This document shows, in pieces, positions 12,771 through 27,214 of a stretch of 64,000 bases of DNA. Made by a program: the position numbers and the translations under genes. This DNA comes from Lama glama (Eukaryota): the NCBI GenBank assembly GCA_028534125.1, contig CM052817.1, forward strand, positions 90,770,001-90,834,000, written 5' to 3'. Each line of letters opens with the position of its first letter. The stretch's first letter is position 1. The notes below the pieces were generated by a model. That model worked only from the letters and a program-made list of their open reading frames with translations, had not been told where the DNA came from and searched no databases.

Positions 12771-14947
12771 ATTCCACTCATTAACAAAGATGTTTCCAAA
12801 CCTTGCACTAAAAAGAGCCATCAGGCCTGAACCCTCTGACTATGAATGGGTGAATAATCAAGATCACCAATTGGCAGATGCAATCTATTACTGTTTGATT
12901 TCTCAGACTAAGTTTTCTGAATGTCATACTCTCTCAAGGGGCCCTTCCTTTTACACAGAAGTTTCCATTCTGCAATCTAGACTCTGCTTTCAAGCAGACT
13001 CCTAATCCAACCCTTCTGAGCTGAGTAGTAAGTGATGGTTTAAGCATATCCTATAGGTTTTCTGCAATGGGTTGGCCTTGGGTTTTACTCAGCGCATTTG
13101 CATTGTGAACAACATTTGTAGTGGGAATTGTTCCTTTAATTGTGAAAGCATTTACCAAACCAGTTTCCCTGAACAGGATCATTTTCTGGGCCATAAAACA
13201 CACTAAATTTGGTTTAGTTGGGAGATTCCGTGGAAGGCTTTGTCATGGATTCTACCAGGCGGGAGTTCTTACATGTCATATTAAATTTTCCTGAAATTTT
13301 ACAGAGTTAAGCAGATGGTTGAGCTCTCTGATACTGGCCATAATGGCCTCACAAAGATTTTGATCTCATTTGTGAAATTTTAATATTTAAACAAGGGATC
13401 ATGAAGATGGGGTGGGGAGGTCACTGAGGAGCACTTTTTAAAATTATTCAATGATATCATCCTACATGTCAGTAAGTGGCCAAAAAGACCCTCTCTTGTT
13501 CAAAATCTTCCAGCCTAACTGGGTTCAGGATGTTTGGGGTACAGAAGGAAGAAATAAGGGTCTAGACCAGAAGCTGGGCAACCACCACACTTAGGTCCTC
13601 TTCACATCAATCTCATGGCTCTCTTTGATACAAGGGCAAATCATAGTCCCTCCTCCTCTATGATCTGCCTTGTGGTCCACAGGGAGGAAGGGCCTCAGGA
13701 CATCCGTATGGACATTGAGCTCACAAGTTTGCAAACTTCAAAATATCATTTGAAAGAGAAACTGACATGCATATTAAAAGAGTTCACCACACTGTTTGAA
13801 GATCTATAAAGGAGTCATGATCTTTGTTCAAGCATGGAAAAACAATTAAGGACATTTTTGTTAGTGCTGCTCTGAACTGAATGTGTGCTATCAAGTTCAT
13901 CTGATTATGGAAGCTGCTTTCCTATTCAAAAAATAAAATAAAATGCTCTTGATATGCAAATAATAAGAATGTCCTTTGGTATCAAATAATATCTAAACAC
14001 AAACTCTGCAAAATGTCCCAGAACTGTTTATTTAAGGACATTCTGGTCAAACTTCAAGGTGGAACCTACAGGCAACTATTTACTCAGATTATATGAAAAG
14101 CGATTTTCATTGATTTTCATTGTCCAGCTTTATTTCATTGATTTCTACCATTTAACTATTTTTAATGACATCAAATTCTTGCTTTAAGCTAAGAGATCAA
14201 TAATAATATATTAACAGAACCTCAAAATTTCTAACAGTTAGTAACTGCAAGTAGCTGTAATGAACTATCCTTAGTATACAAATAAATACATAAATTGTAT
14301 TTCCCCAGGTCACATCAGCCAGGACAGGATAACTGACTGCTAACCATGAAAAAACTTCTTGTCTTAGACAAAGAGCAAAAGTAGCTGAAAATGCTAGTTG
14401 TAAAATCTTCTTCCATGAGTTCAAGAAGGTTGTCAGGTTCTTCCACTTGATTTCACCACATGATTATGACCACCATCTTTTCCCACGGGTATCCTCCGTT
14501 TCCTCTACTGTTTCATCAAACAGCTCTCTGTCTGTACTGCTATATTCCAATGAAGGCGGTTGCTTCTCTTGGTGGCCCTGTCAGCTCACCTGAACCCAAG
14601 GACTCTGGCCTGCAGTGATACATTCTGTCCTGAGGGCATAGCTGCTCTCCAACTCAGCCTGAATTCCGTGGTTCAACTCTGTTACTAGGCAACAATGCCG
14701 TATCACCATGGATGTTAGTTTCATATGGATACATCTCTTCTACTCAACTCACTTTCTACAATAGTCTCCTCTCCCTGGGATCTGAGACAAGCCTTTGGAG
14801 AATGGTCCAGAAAATAATTAGAGTGATGAACAAAGGTATATAAGATTACTAATTATCCTCTAGGACCATGCCCCTATCCAAATTCTGTCGAAAGGAACCC
14901 TAAACTAAAAGAACTTATTCAAAGCTGGTACAATTCTATAATGGATA

Positions 14948-14948
<1 letters not shown>

Positions 14949-14978
<30 letters not shown>
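14949..14978. repeat. (AAC)n microsatellite, about 10 units
   Basis: aacaacaacaacaacaacaacaacaacaac. Confidence 0.95.
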
Positions 14979-14979
<1 letters not shown>

Positions 14980-15715
14980 CAAGATAGCGACATTAAAACC
15001 TAATGTGGCTGGCTCTTTTGTCTAGACACTGGCCTCATGCAGAGCCTAAAAGAACTCACTGCTTGTCAACCATCCTCTACCCAAAGTTCCTAAGACAAGG
15101 TGCATCTGCAGAAACCTGGAGTGGTTAAAAGGCCAGTCTCAGAAAACAGAAGACCTGGAATTGAATCCCAATTCCCTTATTCTTTGAACACAAATTTACC
15201 CTCTTTGGGCCAGAATAAATACCTAAGGGGCCAGAGAATCTCCCTCTCAGAAGATAGTTAAAAACAGAATATTTTAAAAGAAAAGAAATAATTGTCTGAA
15301 GCATGCTGGAAGACAAAAGAATGAATGACCTGTGAAGCCTCAAATGATAGAAGTATAATTTGGAATAAACCTTAGATTTTCACATAGTCTTACAATATAC
15401 TCAATGGTTAATTTTTATTAGGTAAATGTGAATCAAGGCACTTACAAATTCATTACTTACTGTTAAGGTCTGTTTGATTTTTTAAATAATAACAAGTCTT
15501 TAAATACTTAGGTTTAAAACACTCTTCCCCCAATTTTTTAATTTTTTTATTTCTTGTCACATATTTGTGAGATATAAAATATTTCACGAAGCCCATTACT
15601 AGTTCTATAACAAGTACTTGCAGAGTTGTAAAACTCATATTTCATGCTTAATTACTATTTTTCTATCTCTGTCCACTAGTGTAATCCATTCTATCAGTTT
15701 AACAACTTGCGTGTC

Positions 15716-16233
15716 ATTATACAATAGGAAAGAACAAATCTGACTCTGTATTAAACCTGTTCCTTTAGCTCTAACCCTCTGCTCTGTTTCCTGTGCTTAG
15801 TCATGCTGACTCTGCATCTTTGGTAAAACAGTATTGCCTATAGCCTGAAATATACAGGATAGCCCATTCTCAAAGCTCTGACTTTTAAGGTATAACATTT
15901 TTCTATCCATATAGAGATAAAAAGTTGCAGAATAGAAAATAATACTGGTCTTGTTGGGGGTTTACAGGAACATCCTGACCTATGTGGACAGCTGCAAGAA
16001 CAAAGGATTCTGACACCAAGAAATTTGCACCAACCAGCCATACCTCCCAATCCTTTTAGTATAAAAGGAGTCTGAATTCTAACTTGGGTAAGATGGTTCT
16101 CCAGGACATTAGTCTGCCATCTTCTCGGTTTGCTGGCTTTCTGAATAAAGTCATCATTCCTTGCCGCAACACCTCATCTCCCAATTTACTAGCCTGTCAT
16201 GCAGCAAACAGAACGAGTTTGGACTCGGTAACA
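15716..16233 (+). mobile_element. Solo LTR, ERV1-class (MER41/MER57-like)
   Basis: About 520 bp. TATAAAA at 16060-16066, 'aagatgg' in the R region, AATAAA at 16144-16149, ends 'gagtttggactcggtaaca'. The 5' boundary is approximate. Confidence 0.85.
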
Positions 16234-16829
16234 ATAATAACTATGACAGGGGTAGCATGTAGCCTCCTTTGGGAGTATAGAGTTTAGGAGGCAGAATAGG
16301 AGCAGGAGATTAAACAACAGGATAATATATTTGAAAGTATGTAGATAGTGGCATGATGACTTTGATTCTGGCTTATATAGGTATTAAAATTATCAGACTA
16401 TTGGTGATACCCAGTGTGCTGTGAGTCAAATTCTATGTGAATCAACCTCTTAATGATGCTTGGAGCTTTCATTTGAATAGTAGTTCACCATAACCTCTTT
16501 TGGCTACTGATTGACTAGGTTCCTGGTAGCTAACATCATTTCCAATGTGAATGCTGCTGGACTTTAACACATCCCAATATTGGAATCTCAGAACATAAAA
16601 ATGCTTTAATACTACCTAAAAGACCCCAAGTGAAATCTCAGAGAAATCCTATAAGTAAACTGCCAAAAGATTAGACACATCAGCAAGGGATTCACCCAAG
16701 GATTTGAGGTACACTGTAAGATTGTATCAGCCACACATTGCCAAGTCCAAGGTTCATCTCACAGAAGAGCTAATCAATATTTATTGGGCTTCTCTAGAAT
16801 GAGACAGAGAAGACTAAGAGCTAAGAGAT

Positions 16830-16945
16830 TTGTGCAAGTTCTGCCACTAATGAGCCCGTGTGGCGTTGGAAACACCACTTTGTGCTTCGTGGCTTTGGTT
16901 TCTTCTGCTGCAAACTGAGCAAGACAATCTGTGGTTCTATCCAAA
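16830..16945 (+). mobile_element. MIR fragment
   Basis: 'ttctgccactaatgagcccgtgtggcgttggaaacaccactt...tttggtttcttctgctgcaaa'. Confidence 0.55.
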
Positions 16946-17719
16946 GAATTCCTCTGCTCAGTTAACAAGATCATGGCCATTTACTGGAAAGCTTTATTTT
17001 AAAGTCCATGGGAGGCCAGAACATAAAACTTTATAACTTCAAGCACTTTTCTATTTTAAGCATCATTATATTTGAGGGGAAACAGTCCCAAATGTTTTGA
17101 AACTAATTCTTCTTAGCAACTTTCTAACAGTCTCTAAATTATTCAAATTAAGCACCAAATTGAGACATCCTCAAGCCGATACACATTTAGTTTTAAATTG
17201 CCGCCTTTATATTTTACTTATCATTGAATTTTCAATACAATTAGCGACAGGGCAAAAATAAAAGTGAATTGAATTTAAACTGTGAATCTACAGGGATAGA
17301 AGTTTTTAATCACTAGATGTTCTGTTGTGTAACTGAATCAAGTTGTTTATGATAATTTTATTACCTTGGCCCTCTTTTTAAGAGTTATTATATTTTCTCA
17401 TGATGTATGATAACACTTTTGAAGCCTTTTCTGTAATTGGAACTCCACAAACCTGGCTTCCAAGGCTCATTGATATGAAAAATTATCTTAAAAGTTAAAT
17501 AAGTACATTTGTTTCATTTTAGTTTGGATCTTCCAACTATGAAAGATACTTTCTATATTTATGTCTGTTTCTGATTAGAGATCCCCTCTTTTGGTCAACA
17601 CTGTATCTTCATGAATTTCATTTACATTAGATACATTTGTAAGAGGGTTTTCATTTTTCAAACTAAAAATGTCAATGTGTCTATTTTCCCCAAAGTGCAA
17701 ATTCGTTCAAGAAACCCTA

Positions 17720-17890
17720 CAGCAGAGGTTTTTCCCTTGATTGCTCTTTACAATCACCTTGGGAATTTGGGGGCAAAAAAATCTGTAACTGGGCATAGCC
17801 CCAAAACATTTAAAGCAGAAACCCTGGAGGTGGGCAGTAGATATTGGTATATTTAAAAACACCCACTGGGGTTGTGTAGTCAGACTTATC
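17720..17890. mobile_element. MER5-like hAT-Charlie MITE
   Basis: 'caatcaccttgggaatt...aaagcagaaaccctggaggtgggcagtagatattggtatattt'. Confidence 0.65.
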
Positions 17891-18029
17891 TCATGGAACT
17901 CGTATGAGCCTCTACTGTGTTTCACCGTTGGCATTTACCTGCCTCATCTGCTCTACCATAATGCCTTCTGTTCTTCCTGTCTCTAACAGATTCTCAAAAT
18001 GCTCTTGAAATAGTAGTTAATTTTGTCTT

Positions 18030-18160
18030 TCTTTATAACAATCTCAAAGAGTTGGCAGCACATGTATTATCCCATTTTACAGATGAGAAAGTCTGGGATT
18101 CCCCAAGGGAACACTAACATGAAGTGATAAAGCCAGAAGTAGGACTCAGATATTCTTATG
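18030..18160 (-). mobile_element. MIR fragment
   Basis: Core 'tattatcccattttacagatgagaaa'. Confidence 0.75.
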
Positions 18161-19082
18161 TTAATTTAGCGTATTTCCCAGGCTTAGAACCCCGATGTCT
18201 GCCTTTTATCACTCCTGGTCTGCATACAAAACTGAATCTTGAGACTATCCCAAGAAAATGTCAAAAAAAGAAGTACAGACAATTCATGTCGTGTGTACTT
18301 GACGCACACTGACTGTATTCAGCCCATGATAATTCCTTTAGGAGTTTTGGCAAGAGCTTCAATGTTTTGTTATTGAAATTTCTCTTACTAAAGATAAGTC
18401 TTTTGAATAAATAATTAATTCACTAGTTTTTACCCAACTTTCAATTAGTTGAAAATAGCCAGAATTATGGTGTGGCCTATTTTTCTCTGTCACTTTCCTC
18501 CTTACCCCCAGCCCCTCTTCTGTAATTAAAAAAAATTCTCAACTCTTTAACAGTTTCTTCTCTCTGGCTTCCAGATCTGGAAAGAAAAATGAGAACCTTT
18601 CCATTCTGGTAACATATTTAAAATGCATGTGATTTAAATGTTAAAATTCAAGAAAAATAGCACATAGCAAACATTTTCAGAGCAAGGTATCTTGACTCCA
18701 AGATCTGCTAACATAGACTCATGTGAATATAATCAGTGCTTTTGCTTTTCATTACTCAATCCAACATCTCAACCTTCTTTCCTCAACAACAGATTTATAT
18801 TCCTTTGCTTCAGTAACCAAATGATTAGTTCAACTGCCCATTTCTCTTTATTTCTGTATAAAAGCAGGCCATGATAATATATAAAGAATATAGCTGACAG
18901 AAAAGATCTCTAAGAATTAAAAAATAAATTACATCTTTAATTTGAAAAAAAGGTTAAACAGTAATTAAAGAAGACTTGCAGATGGATTCTTATTTATCAG
19001 CCAGTGGTAAGCTGAAAAATGGGCATTTCTGGCCAGTCCAAACAAACAGAAGAGACAAGAATTTCCCTGCAACCACTACATA

Positions 19083-19290
19083 GAGGCAGTATAGCATGGG
19101 GTATCAACAAAGAACAGAAACCCTGGGCTCAGTCCCAATACTCCTCAGTGTTGCCTCAGTTTCCTTATTATAGAATGAGGATAACAGAGTTGTTGTGAGA
19201 ATTAAGAGTTAATGTATATAAAAGCCTTGTAACAGCACCAAGCACACAGAGCAAGGGCTATCTACCAAAGTGTCAGCTCATATTATTATG
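19083..19290 (+). mobile_element. MIR SINE
   Basis: 'gaggcagtatagcatgg', 'gcctcagtttcctt', 'gttgttgtgagaattaa' and tail 'tattattat'. Confidence 0.8.
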
Positions 19291-22200
19291 AGAGATGTCG
19301 GCATAGAGGGATTTTTAACTCTTCCCTCATTCTTGCTCTCTCCACGATTGCTTCACAACCAGAAACTTTTGTTCCCAAACTCTGAAACCACTGTCAGAAT
19401 GTGAACTGCTACTGAGGCAGTGGGGCAGTGCTGACTACACTGGGTTTCCTAAAGTCAGTAAGTGAGAACCCCAAAAGTGGATGATGACACTTAAAGAGGG
19501 GAAGCAAGCTCATCTACGTGAATGACTAGACCCATTGACCAGGACATGCAGACCCTTGATCTGCCAAAGATAAAGTGATTCCTGAGATGGCCACAGTGAT
19601 TGCAGAACTCCTCAACTTAAGCTCAGCTGCGCCCTGCCGGCCTCAACACACAGCCCACACACACTTGCACTCACACCCCTCACCCCCACACACACTGCCA
19701 GACGCTCTAGCAGCAGTAACAAGGGGATGGCCCAAAACCCGAGCACAAAGACCTCAGAATTTAGGCAGAATTTTAACAACACCTCTACTGCTTTGGATTT
19801 CTATTACTTGAGTCAATGTTAATTAAACACTCTTCAAAGCACATTCCTTCATTTGATACTCACTCTGATCTATGCCTTCCCTCTTTATAATTTCAGAACA
19901 CTCTGACCCTAATAACGCTTTCTGACATAAAGCTCCTGGGATAGAGACTTTTGACCATCCTTTAAAAATAAAACAGAGTTGGCAGCACAAATATAAAGAA
20001 ATGATCATCATAGCTAGTATTTATGAACACTGTTTTAAATGCTTTACCAACTTCATTGAATTTAATCTTCACAATGGACCCTTTAAGGGCTACTTAATAA
20101 ATCAAGCAGGTTTTGAATTCAGGATGGCTTGATTGTACAAGCCTGCGTTTTTGCTCACTAATAATATTTTGCTTTAGACAGCACAATTGGTGAAGAAAGT
20201 ACAAAGAACAGATCTCTTGAACATGTTCTGGGTTATTCAGAATTAACCAATTAAACGGTGAGAAGAGAATTTCCCACTTCAGACAGAGAACAACTTGATA
20301 CTTCATATCCAGACACACCACTCACTCAAATGCTGTAATATCCTTTTCCCTAAATGGAGTGAATTCTATCATTTGTAACTCATACCCTTTTTTACTACTT
20401 AAAATGAACAAAATAGATTTTTAAGTTCGTAGGAATTTAAAACCTAACAATAGATTTATAGTCCTTATACCTTTGGCAATGACCCTGATGCTGCCATAAA
20501 CGCCACTAGTGAATGAAAACTAATTATAGTTCTTTCAGGCTAAGAAGCAGCAGCTGAATACCACTAATTATGCAGTGACACTAACAATAATGCTAAAAAC
20601 ATTAGCAATAAATGTATTCACAAGAAAGACAAAGAATAAATGTAGCAAATCAGCAATTGTAGGGGAAAAAAAGGCAAAACTGAAATCTTCCTGTAGTACA
20701 CAATGGATGTTTTTAAATGTTTAATTACCATACAATGATTACTTCTAGCTCATCACAAAGGCAATTTTCAAAGGCTGTCACACACCCCCAAAAGCATCTT
20801 TAACACGCATTGATGATTGTGAGTTTTATATTAATGGAGCTATGCCTAGGCTCACATGGCAAACAGCTAGAGTTGACTTTCAGTTGTGCCAAGAATCGTA
20901 GACCAGTTTATAAGATCACAGTTATCCAAATGATTGGGAAGTGGAAAACTGGATTTTGTTTGGATTCTGAAGTAACTGCAATTTAACTGTGTTAACCTGG
21001 CCAAATCGCTCTTCCAATAGACTAACTCTGGTCAAATTTGATGCTACGTCAAATCCTAAGGATTCAATTGGGAACATATGCCAATTTTATCCTTAATGTG
21101 GCCTGATTCAGGAGAGACATACTGGGGGGAGAGAGAAAAGAGACGGAGAGACAGAGAGAAAAAATGAATACAGAACTAGCATAGCTAGGTATCTATGTCA
21201 ATAGTGCCATAAACAGCCCCATCATCCTCCTCAGTAAGCACTGGCCCCAGAGTGACTAAGAGATGAATTATCTGTCTCTGCTTTCACCCTTCTCAACCTC
21301 AGTTTTCTTGTCTCTCTCATGGGATGAGCACCTCACTTGCGTATGGGCTATTTAAGAAATGTTCAAGGGTAATTTAGTAAATTTGATTCTGTGATTTTTG
21401 CCTTCCATGCTCCCTTTAGAATCTAATTGTTGTGAAGGGGTTATTAACACTGAAGGTGAATTTTCTATGATAATGTATATTTTATGTAAATGAACTGAGG
21501 ATTTTATAAAGTCTTACTAGTTTGAGTTTGGGTAAATATCAAGCACTGTAGAAAGAAGCTCATGTACATTTGTGATATTTTAGAGGAGGAGAGGCTAGAA
21601 ATGTTGAAACTAATATTAGAATAACAGACAACAAACCAGGTTCGAACTAACTCTGAAATTAATGTGACCTTGAAAGTCATTTATAATTTATTTACAAAAT
21701 GGTTTATGATTCTACTATTTTTCACATTCTTAGTACTAAATTCCTATCTATATAATTCCTATCTATCTGAAGCTTCTTGATCATTCCAAAGAGGCAGAAA
21801 GCGGAAATTAAAATGACTTTTTAAAATAGAAAGGAAGTAAAGAAAGAAAAACAAAAGGAAAAGTGAAGCTGAAAGAACACAATACCAACTCTATGTCAGT
21901 GGAACTAATTAAATAACAGAGAGATCCAGAATCTCCTGGGCCCTAGCAGAAGGGAAGGAGCTCAGAAAAGAGCACAAAATTGTGAAAATAACGTTGGGTG
22001 CAAACATGAGTATTTATTTTGAACGCTAAAAAAATGACAAATTTAAAGTGTTGAAGAAAACTTAGTTTTTGAAGGAAAAAACTAAAGGTCAAAAATTTCA
22101 AAGTTATTTTGCTTGCAAGGCAAAAGGGAGCCTAGTAAATCGACAAGTTCTGCAGGACTCCGAGTTAAAAATCAGAAGAGGACTTCATTCTACACTGGGA

Positions 22201-23599
22201 GGAATCTGATTGGTTACAGAAAGGATTGTAAAATCCTTAAAATTGGTATTGCTCTCTCTACTGTTCCAGGAAATCCAGTACAGTATCAAAGACATAGAGC
22301 ATCTGGGTCCAATGTCACGTAGGAGGCACTGTGTATACTCACTCTTAGAAGCTGACAACCTCTCCTCTGAATTGTTGAATTTCCTTAAGTTTGTGATTGA
22401 TGACCTCACTGTAGTAGGGCATGATAAGTTTTATGTTATCTTCATCTACGTAAATATTCATGTCAAAATATCAAGAAATGTAAATCTTTTCCCAATGTGT
22501 TCGTATGATTCATTCTTCTTCATTATTTAAATTATCAAAAATCTAAGACCTTATCCATTATCTCGACCTAAAATGAATCTCTTCCCTTAAGTTAATTACT
22601 GCTTTGGGTGTGATTTTTTTAATGCTATACCATAATTTTTAGTATTCCATCTTATCTAAATATCTTCTTAGCTCTTTAAAAGTTATATCTAAAAACAAAA
22701 AAAAGGATTTATTGAAATGTTACAAAACATTTTTCTAAAATTCACTTCAAATGAAGTATATGGGCTTTATCAATTGTTTTAAATAAAGGGTTTTTTTCCC
22801 CCATCTATGTATTGTTTGGGTTTCTCTTTCGAGTGTCCTTAATATCATTAATAAACCCAAGCTGCCAGGCTGAAACCACTTTAAAGTTCAAACCATCCCA
22901 TTACCCAAGACCTCTAAAGACAAACCCCAGTCGGTATATGTGTTTAAAATTTTCTATCCAAGCAATGAACTAGGAAAGAAAAAAGGACAAACTGTTTTTA
23001 CTAGTGAGGTTAGAAACTGCATCTTTACCCTTGTATACTCAACCCAATTTTGACAGTGCATGGTGCAGTGGGTGGGGAGGGGCACATGTTTCAGGGATAA
23101 ATTGAGCCACTATGATGCATGCAAAACACAGTGTTAAAAGAGAAGGCAATTAACTCATCCCACCAAGATGAAAAGAGGGACCAAGAAAAGCTTTGGAAAT
23201 TTCTGTAATAAAATGTCACTTAGGAGGAATATTGTGGGCATTTCCAATTCATTTTTTTCTACCTTAATCTGATTTCTCCTTCCTAAATTTGGGAGAATAT
23301 TGTGGAAGGCTATACCTGCCTCTCATAACAGAAGCAAAAAGGCCAGCTACATGCTTTCCCTACCTCCAGGAGTCTAGAGTACAGGAATATGACCTAAGCT
23401 TTGCCAGACTGGCAAATCAATAAAGACTTGCATCAGGAATTTGTGACAAGAATCCATCCCAGGAAATGGCAAGAGGATCTGTTGTCCAGTGGCAGAGGGC
23501 CAGTTATGATGTGTGGTTTCCAAGGTATGCAGTGGTGGTGGTGGTACCAGGGCCATAATTCACTGTCAAGCAGCATCTCTGGAGCTGCAGAGCTATATA

Positions 23600-24510
23600 G
23601 AAGTGTATTTAGCCTCCCTTCCTTTGTATCTATGACAACACACTCCCTCTCCTGTTTTCCCTTTGTCTTCTTCAATGACACCCTCTCCTGTGGTCCTGCT
23701 GTCCCCATGTCTACCCATTTCTTCTCTGCCACCTTTGAAGGCTCTTTCTGATTTCATCAGCCTTTAAATATTAGATCTTCAAGGTTCGTCCTTAGGCCTT
23801 CTTTCCTCACTCTACAATCTCCCACTGGCCAACCTCTTCCACCTCTCTGTACCCCCATTCCAGGTACCATCACTTTCATCAAGCTCAGACCACAACAGTA
23901 ACATCCTTCCTGTCCTCTCAGATCCACTCCTTATGCCTCCTACTCTCTACCCAGCCTCTGTAATCCAATCTCTATATTAAACCAGAGTGGACTTTCCAAC
24001 TGGCAATCACAACACCCCTCTGCTGTATAAACCCCTTGTTAGAGTCCCATTGCCTTTAAAATAAATACCAACATCCTTATTGTGGTCTAGAAAGCTCTGT
24101 GGAGCCTTGCTCCTGCCTACCCTCCAAATACATAACGTGATCCTTATCTTTTGATGAAACCAACCCAACCCCTCCCCACCAACACTCCCTTCAATGAACC
24201 ATTCCTTTCATTTTTTCAAGTCTCAGTTCCAGTATAATGTCCTACAGAAAGTCTTCCCTAACCCAGACCAAGTCTGATCTCTGCTTTAGTGTTCTTATAG
24301 AACCAAATACCATTGCTTCGTAAGACTTCTTATTTGGAATTATACATCTGGGTATGCAATGATCAGATTTGATATCTAAATCCCCACAAAATGGTAAGAA
24401 CTCTGAGGAATGGACCCCATTTTGTGGTTGATGTTCACCATCACGTTCCAATGAGTGCATAGTACAGACCCAGAGAAGTTTTCAATAAACACATTGAAGG
24501 AACAAGTGAA
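23600..24510 (+). mobile_element. L2 LINE fragments
   Basis: Pyrimidine-rich, with L2 words 'gtccttaggccttctttcctcactctac', 'cccattgcctttaaaataaa', 'agaaagtcttccctaacc' and end 'tcaataaacacattgaaggaacaagtgaa'. Confidence 0.7.
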
Positions 24511-26029
24511 AAAAGTTTCATATTTAAAGAATTTAATACTAATTTGTTAATAACACCCAATTCTCCCACTCTTCCCATGCTTAAGACCTGGAAGCTGTCA
24601 TTGACTCCTCCTTCCCTCCATCCATTATTTAATCATCCAGTCTCACCGTTCTTATTTGGAAATGTTCTCCTTCATTTTCACTTTATAATGATACTGTCCA
24701 CATGCTAGTACAGACATCACGCTTGCAGAAACAAATTTTTATAATTGCTGTTCTACATGCTTGAGATGCTTTTTCTCATAGTGCATCCCACATATTGCCG
24801 CAAAATTTTATATGCATCCCAGAAGTAAGTAAATATCTATTATATGCTTATAGTGATAAGTATCAGGGAGGCCATTAGAGTTTCTGACTTTTTAACAGCT
24901 GGTTTTTTAACTGAATCATCCTAGTTCATCAAAGCCTGCAGTCAATGTACCTAAATAACTTCAGTTCCCAAATGTTCCCAACATAAAGTACCACCTTTTG
25001 CTAGGAGAGTCTAATCACTTTCTAATTAGCATAAATTATGGTTCCTTTCTCTTCTTGTCTCCAATTGCTCTCACTTCCTAGAATGTCCTCTTCCTGTTTT
25101 GACTATAGAAAACTATAACCCACATTCGTCTTAGGCCTCACTCAGCCCAAACCCTCATAATCTTCAAATGACACAAAATTGTAAATGAAAGCAATTCCTG
25201 CTTTTACCCTTTTCCACCAAGGGGCAAGATGGATGGCAGAGGTAAGACGAAAAGATACTCAATACACTGCAAAACATGATACAACCCTTTCTACTACTTC
25301 TAATATCCAATTCTTTCTCTCCCTTCCTTCCAAGTTTCAACCCAAAACATTTTCTAAATTCAGCCCCTAATTCTTCACTTTCCTCCCTTATCCTGATTTG
25401 AATTTGCCTACCTTTTCCCTGATAGTGAGTCCTAATAGATTATTATTTATATTATAAATCTTTTTGATTCTTCTGTTTATCTGGATTGACATCAGGCACT
25501 ATGTGAGTGAGGAGTGAGACACAGAAGCCTGAATATCCTTACATGAATAATTTTTTCCCTGTTCCATAATTATGGATCCTTAAAACTGAGCCTTAAAGAA
25601 TTATTTCTTCCATAAAAACCTCTCTGATGGTTTCATCATTTACTTTATATACTTACATAATTAAGTTCTAGCTCTTAAATACACACTCAATGATCACATT
25701 TTAAAGCTGGAAAATTTTTTGGAGATCATCTAGTTTAATTCCTTTCTTTCGCAGATAAGAAAATGAAAGAAAATTAAAACTGTGTTTCTCAACCATTTAC
25801 AGATGCATGTTGTATTATCTCTCACTAGAATTAGGTACCCAGAAGTTGAAGAGTTGTGTATGCTTTCCTATCTCCCTCAGCCCAGTGCACGCTACTGGGT
25901 ACCAAATAAGTAAATACCTGTTTAATACCTAAATTGAATAAATAAGAGATCCAACGTCAAGAAAGTTACAAAAAAGGGAATCATTTGCACAAATTCAATT
26001 TCAAATAAGGAAACCAGCTGTCTATTAAA

Positions 26030-26710
26030 CTATAACAGACCTATAGAAAATCACATAAATAGTAAGTGAATAGGTTGATGAGTTGTAAACTAAGTAAACA
26101 CATCTGTGTAACCAGCACCCACATCGGGATGCAGAAATTTACAAGGACCCCACATCTTCCTTGTGCTCCCTTCCAGTCATCGCCCTCCACAGGAAAATAC
26201 TATCCTGACTAGTTAAACACGGATCAGTATCATTAGATTAGAGTTCAACTTCACAGGAATGGAATGGCATGAGTTAGTGTATGAAGTACAACTGCACTAA
26301 GTGCTCTTTAGAGTCAATTTTCTTTTGAACAAATGTCTGTGAGATCCAACCATGTTGCCACTTATAATTCCTATTTCTTCACTCCGATTGCTGAGTAATC
26401 TAAAAATACTACCATTTATTTATTCTTTGCATTGTTGATGAATATATGTATTCTTTTTGGCTCTATTTATAAATAGTGCTGCTGTAGATGTTTTTGTTTG
26501 CACGTAACTATATATTTCTGTCGGGAATATAGTTGAGTGTGGAAGTGCTGGTTCACAGGGTAAATAAATGTTCAGCTTTAGTAGATATTTGGAAATAGCC
26601 TTCTAAAATGGTTGTACCAACTTATACTCCTACTTTCAGTGTATGAGAGTTCGAATTGCTTGGATCTCCACCAATACTTGGCATCATCATCTTTTAGTCA
26701 TTCTAGTCGT
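26030..26710 (-). mobile_element. Ancient L1 (L1ME-like) 3' region
   Basis: 'catctgtgtaaccagcaccc', 'gtgctggttcacagggta', 'tggttgtaccaacttatactcc'. Confidence 0.8.
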
Positions 26711-26930
26711 ACACATAATTTATAAATATTTGCATCTAGTCAAAATTTAATGAAAACATCTTTTAATGTGGGACATTTTAAAAATAAAAGTCCTCATGAT
26801 TTAAGAATTTGCTTTAAATTGAACTCCTTGTAATCAAGGAAACCTGATCATCTGCTATCATATTATGTGAAGGATGGTTGGATGGACTGATATACTGACA
26901 ATGGTGTCAACACATATTATGATAGTCATT

Positions 26931-27180
26931 AGAGGCAAATTAGCATAATTGTTAAGAGCCAAGCTCTGAACACAGACCACCTAAAATACATGTTGGATAC
27001 CCCACTTATTAGTTGTGTGATCTTGAACAATTTACCTAAATATGTTTGCCTTATATTCTCCATCTACCAAATGCTAATAACAATAGTATATGCTTCATAA
27101 AATTGTTAGAATTAAATGAACTGATATATAAAGTACTAAGGATAATGAGGAAGTGGTGAATTAATATTAATCGTTTTTAT
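26931..27180 (+). mobile_element. MIR SINE
   Basis: 'gttaagagccaagctctg...ccacttattagttgtgtgatcttgaacaatttacctaa...gaattaaatga'. Confidence 0.8.
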
Positions 27181-27214
27181 CACATCTAAGCCTATATGAG
27201 ATTGTTTACATACA

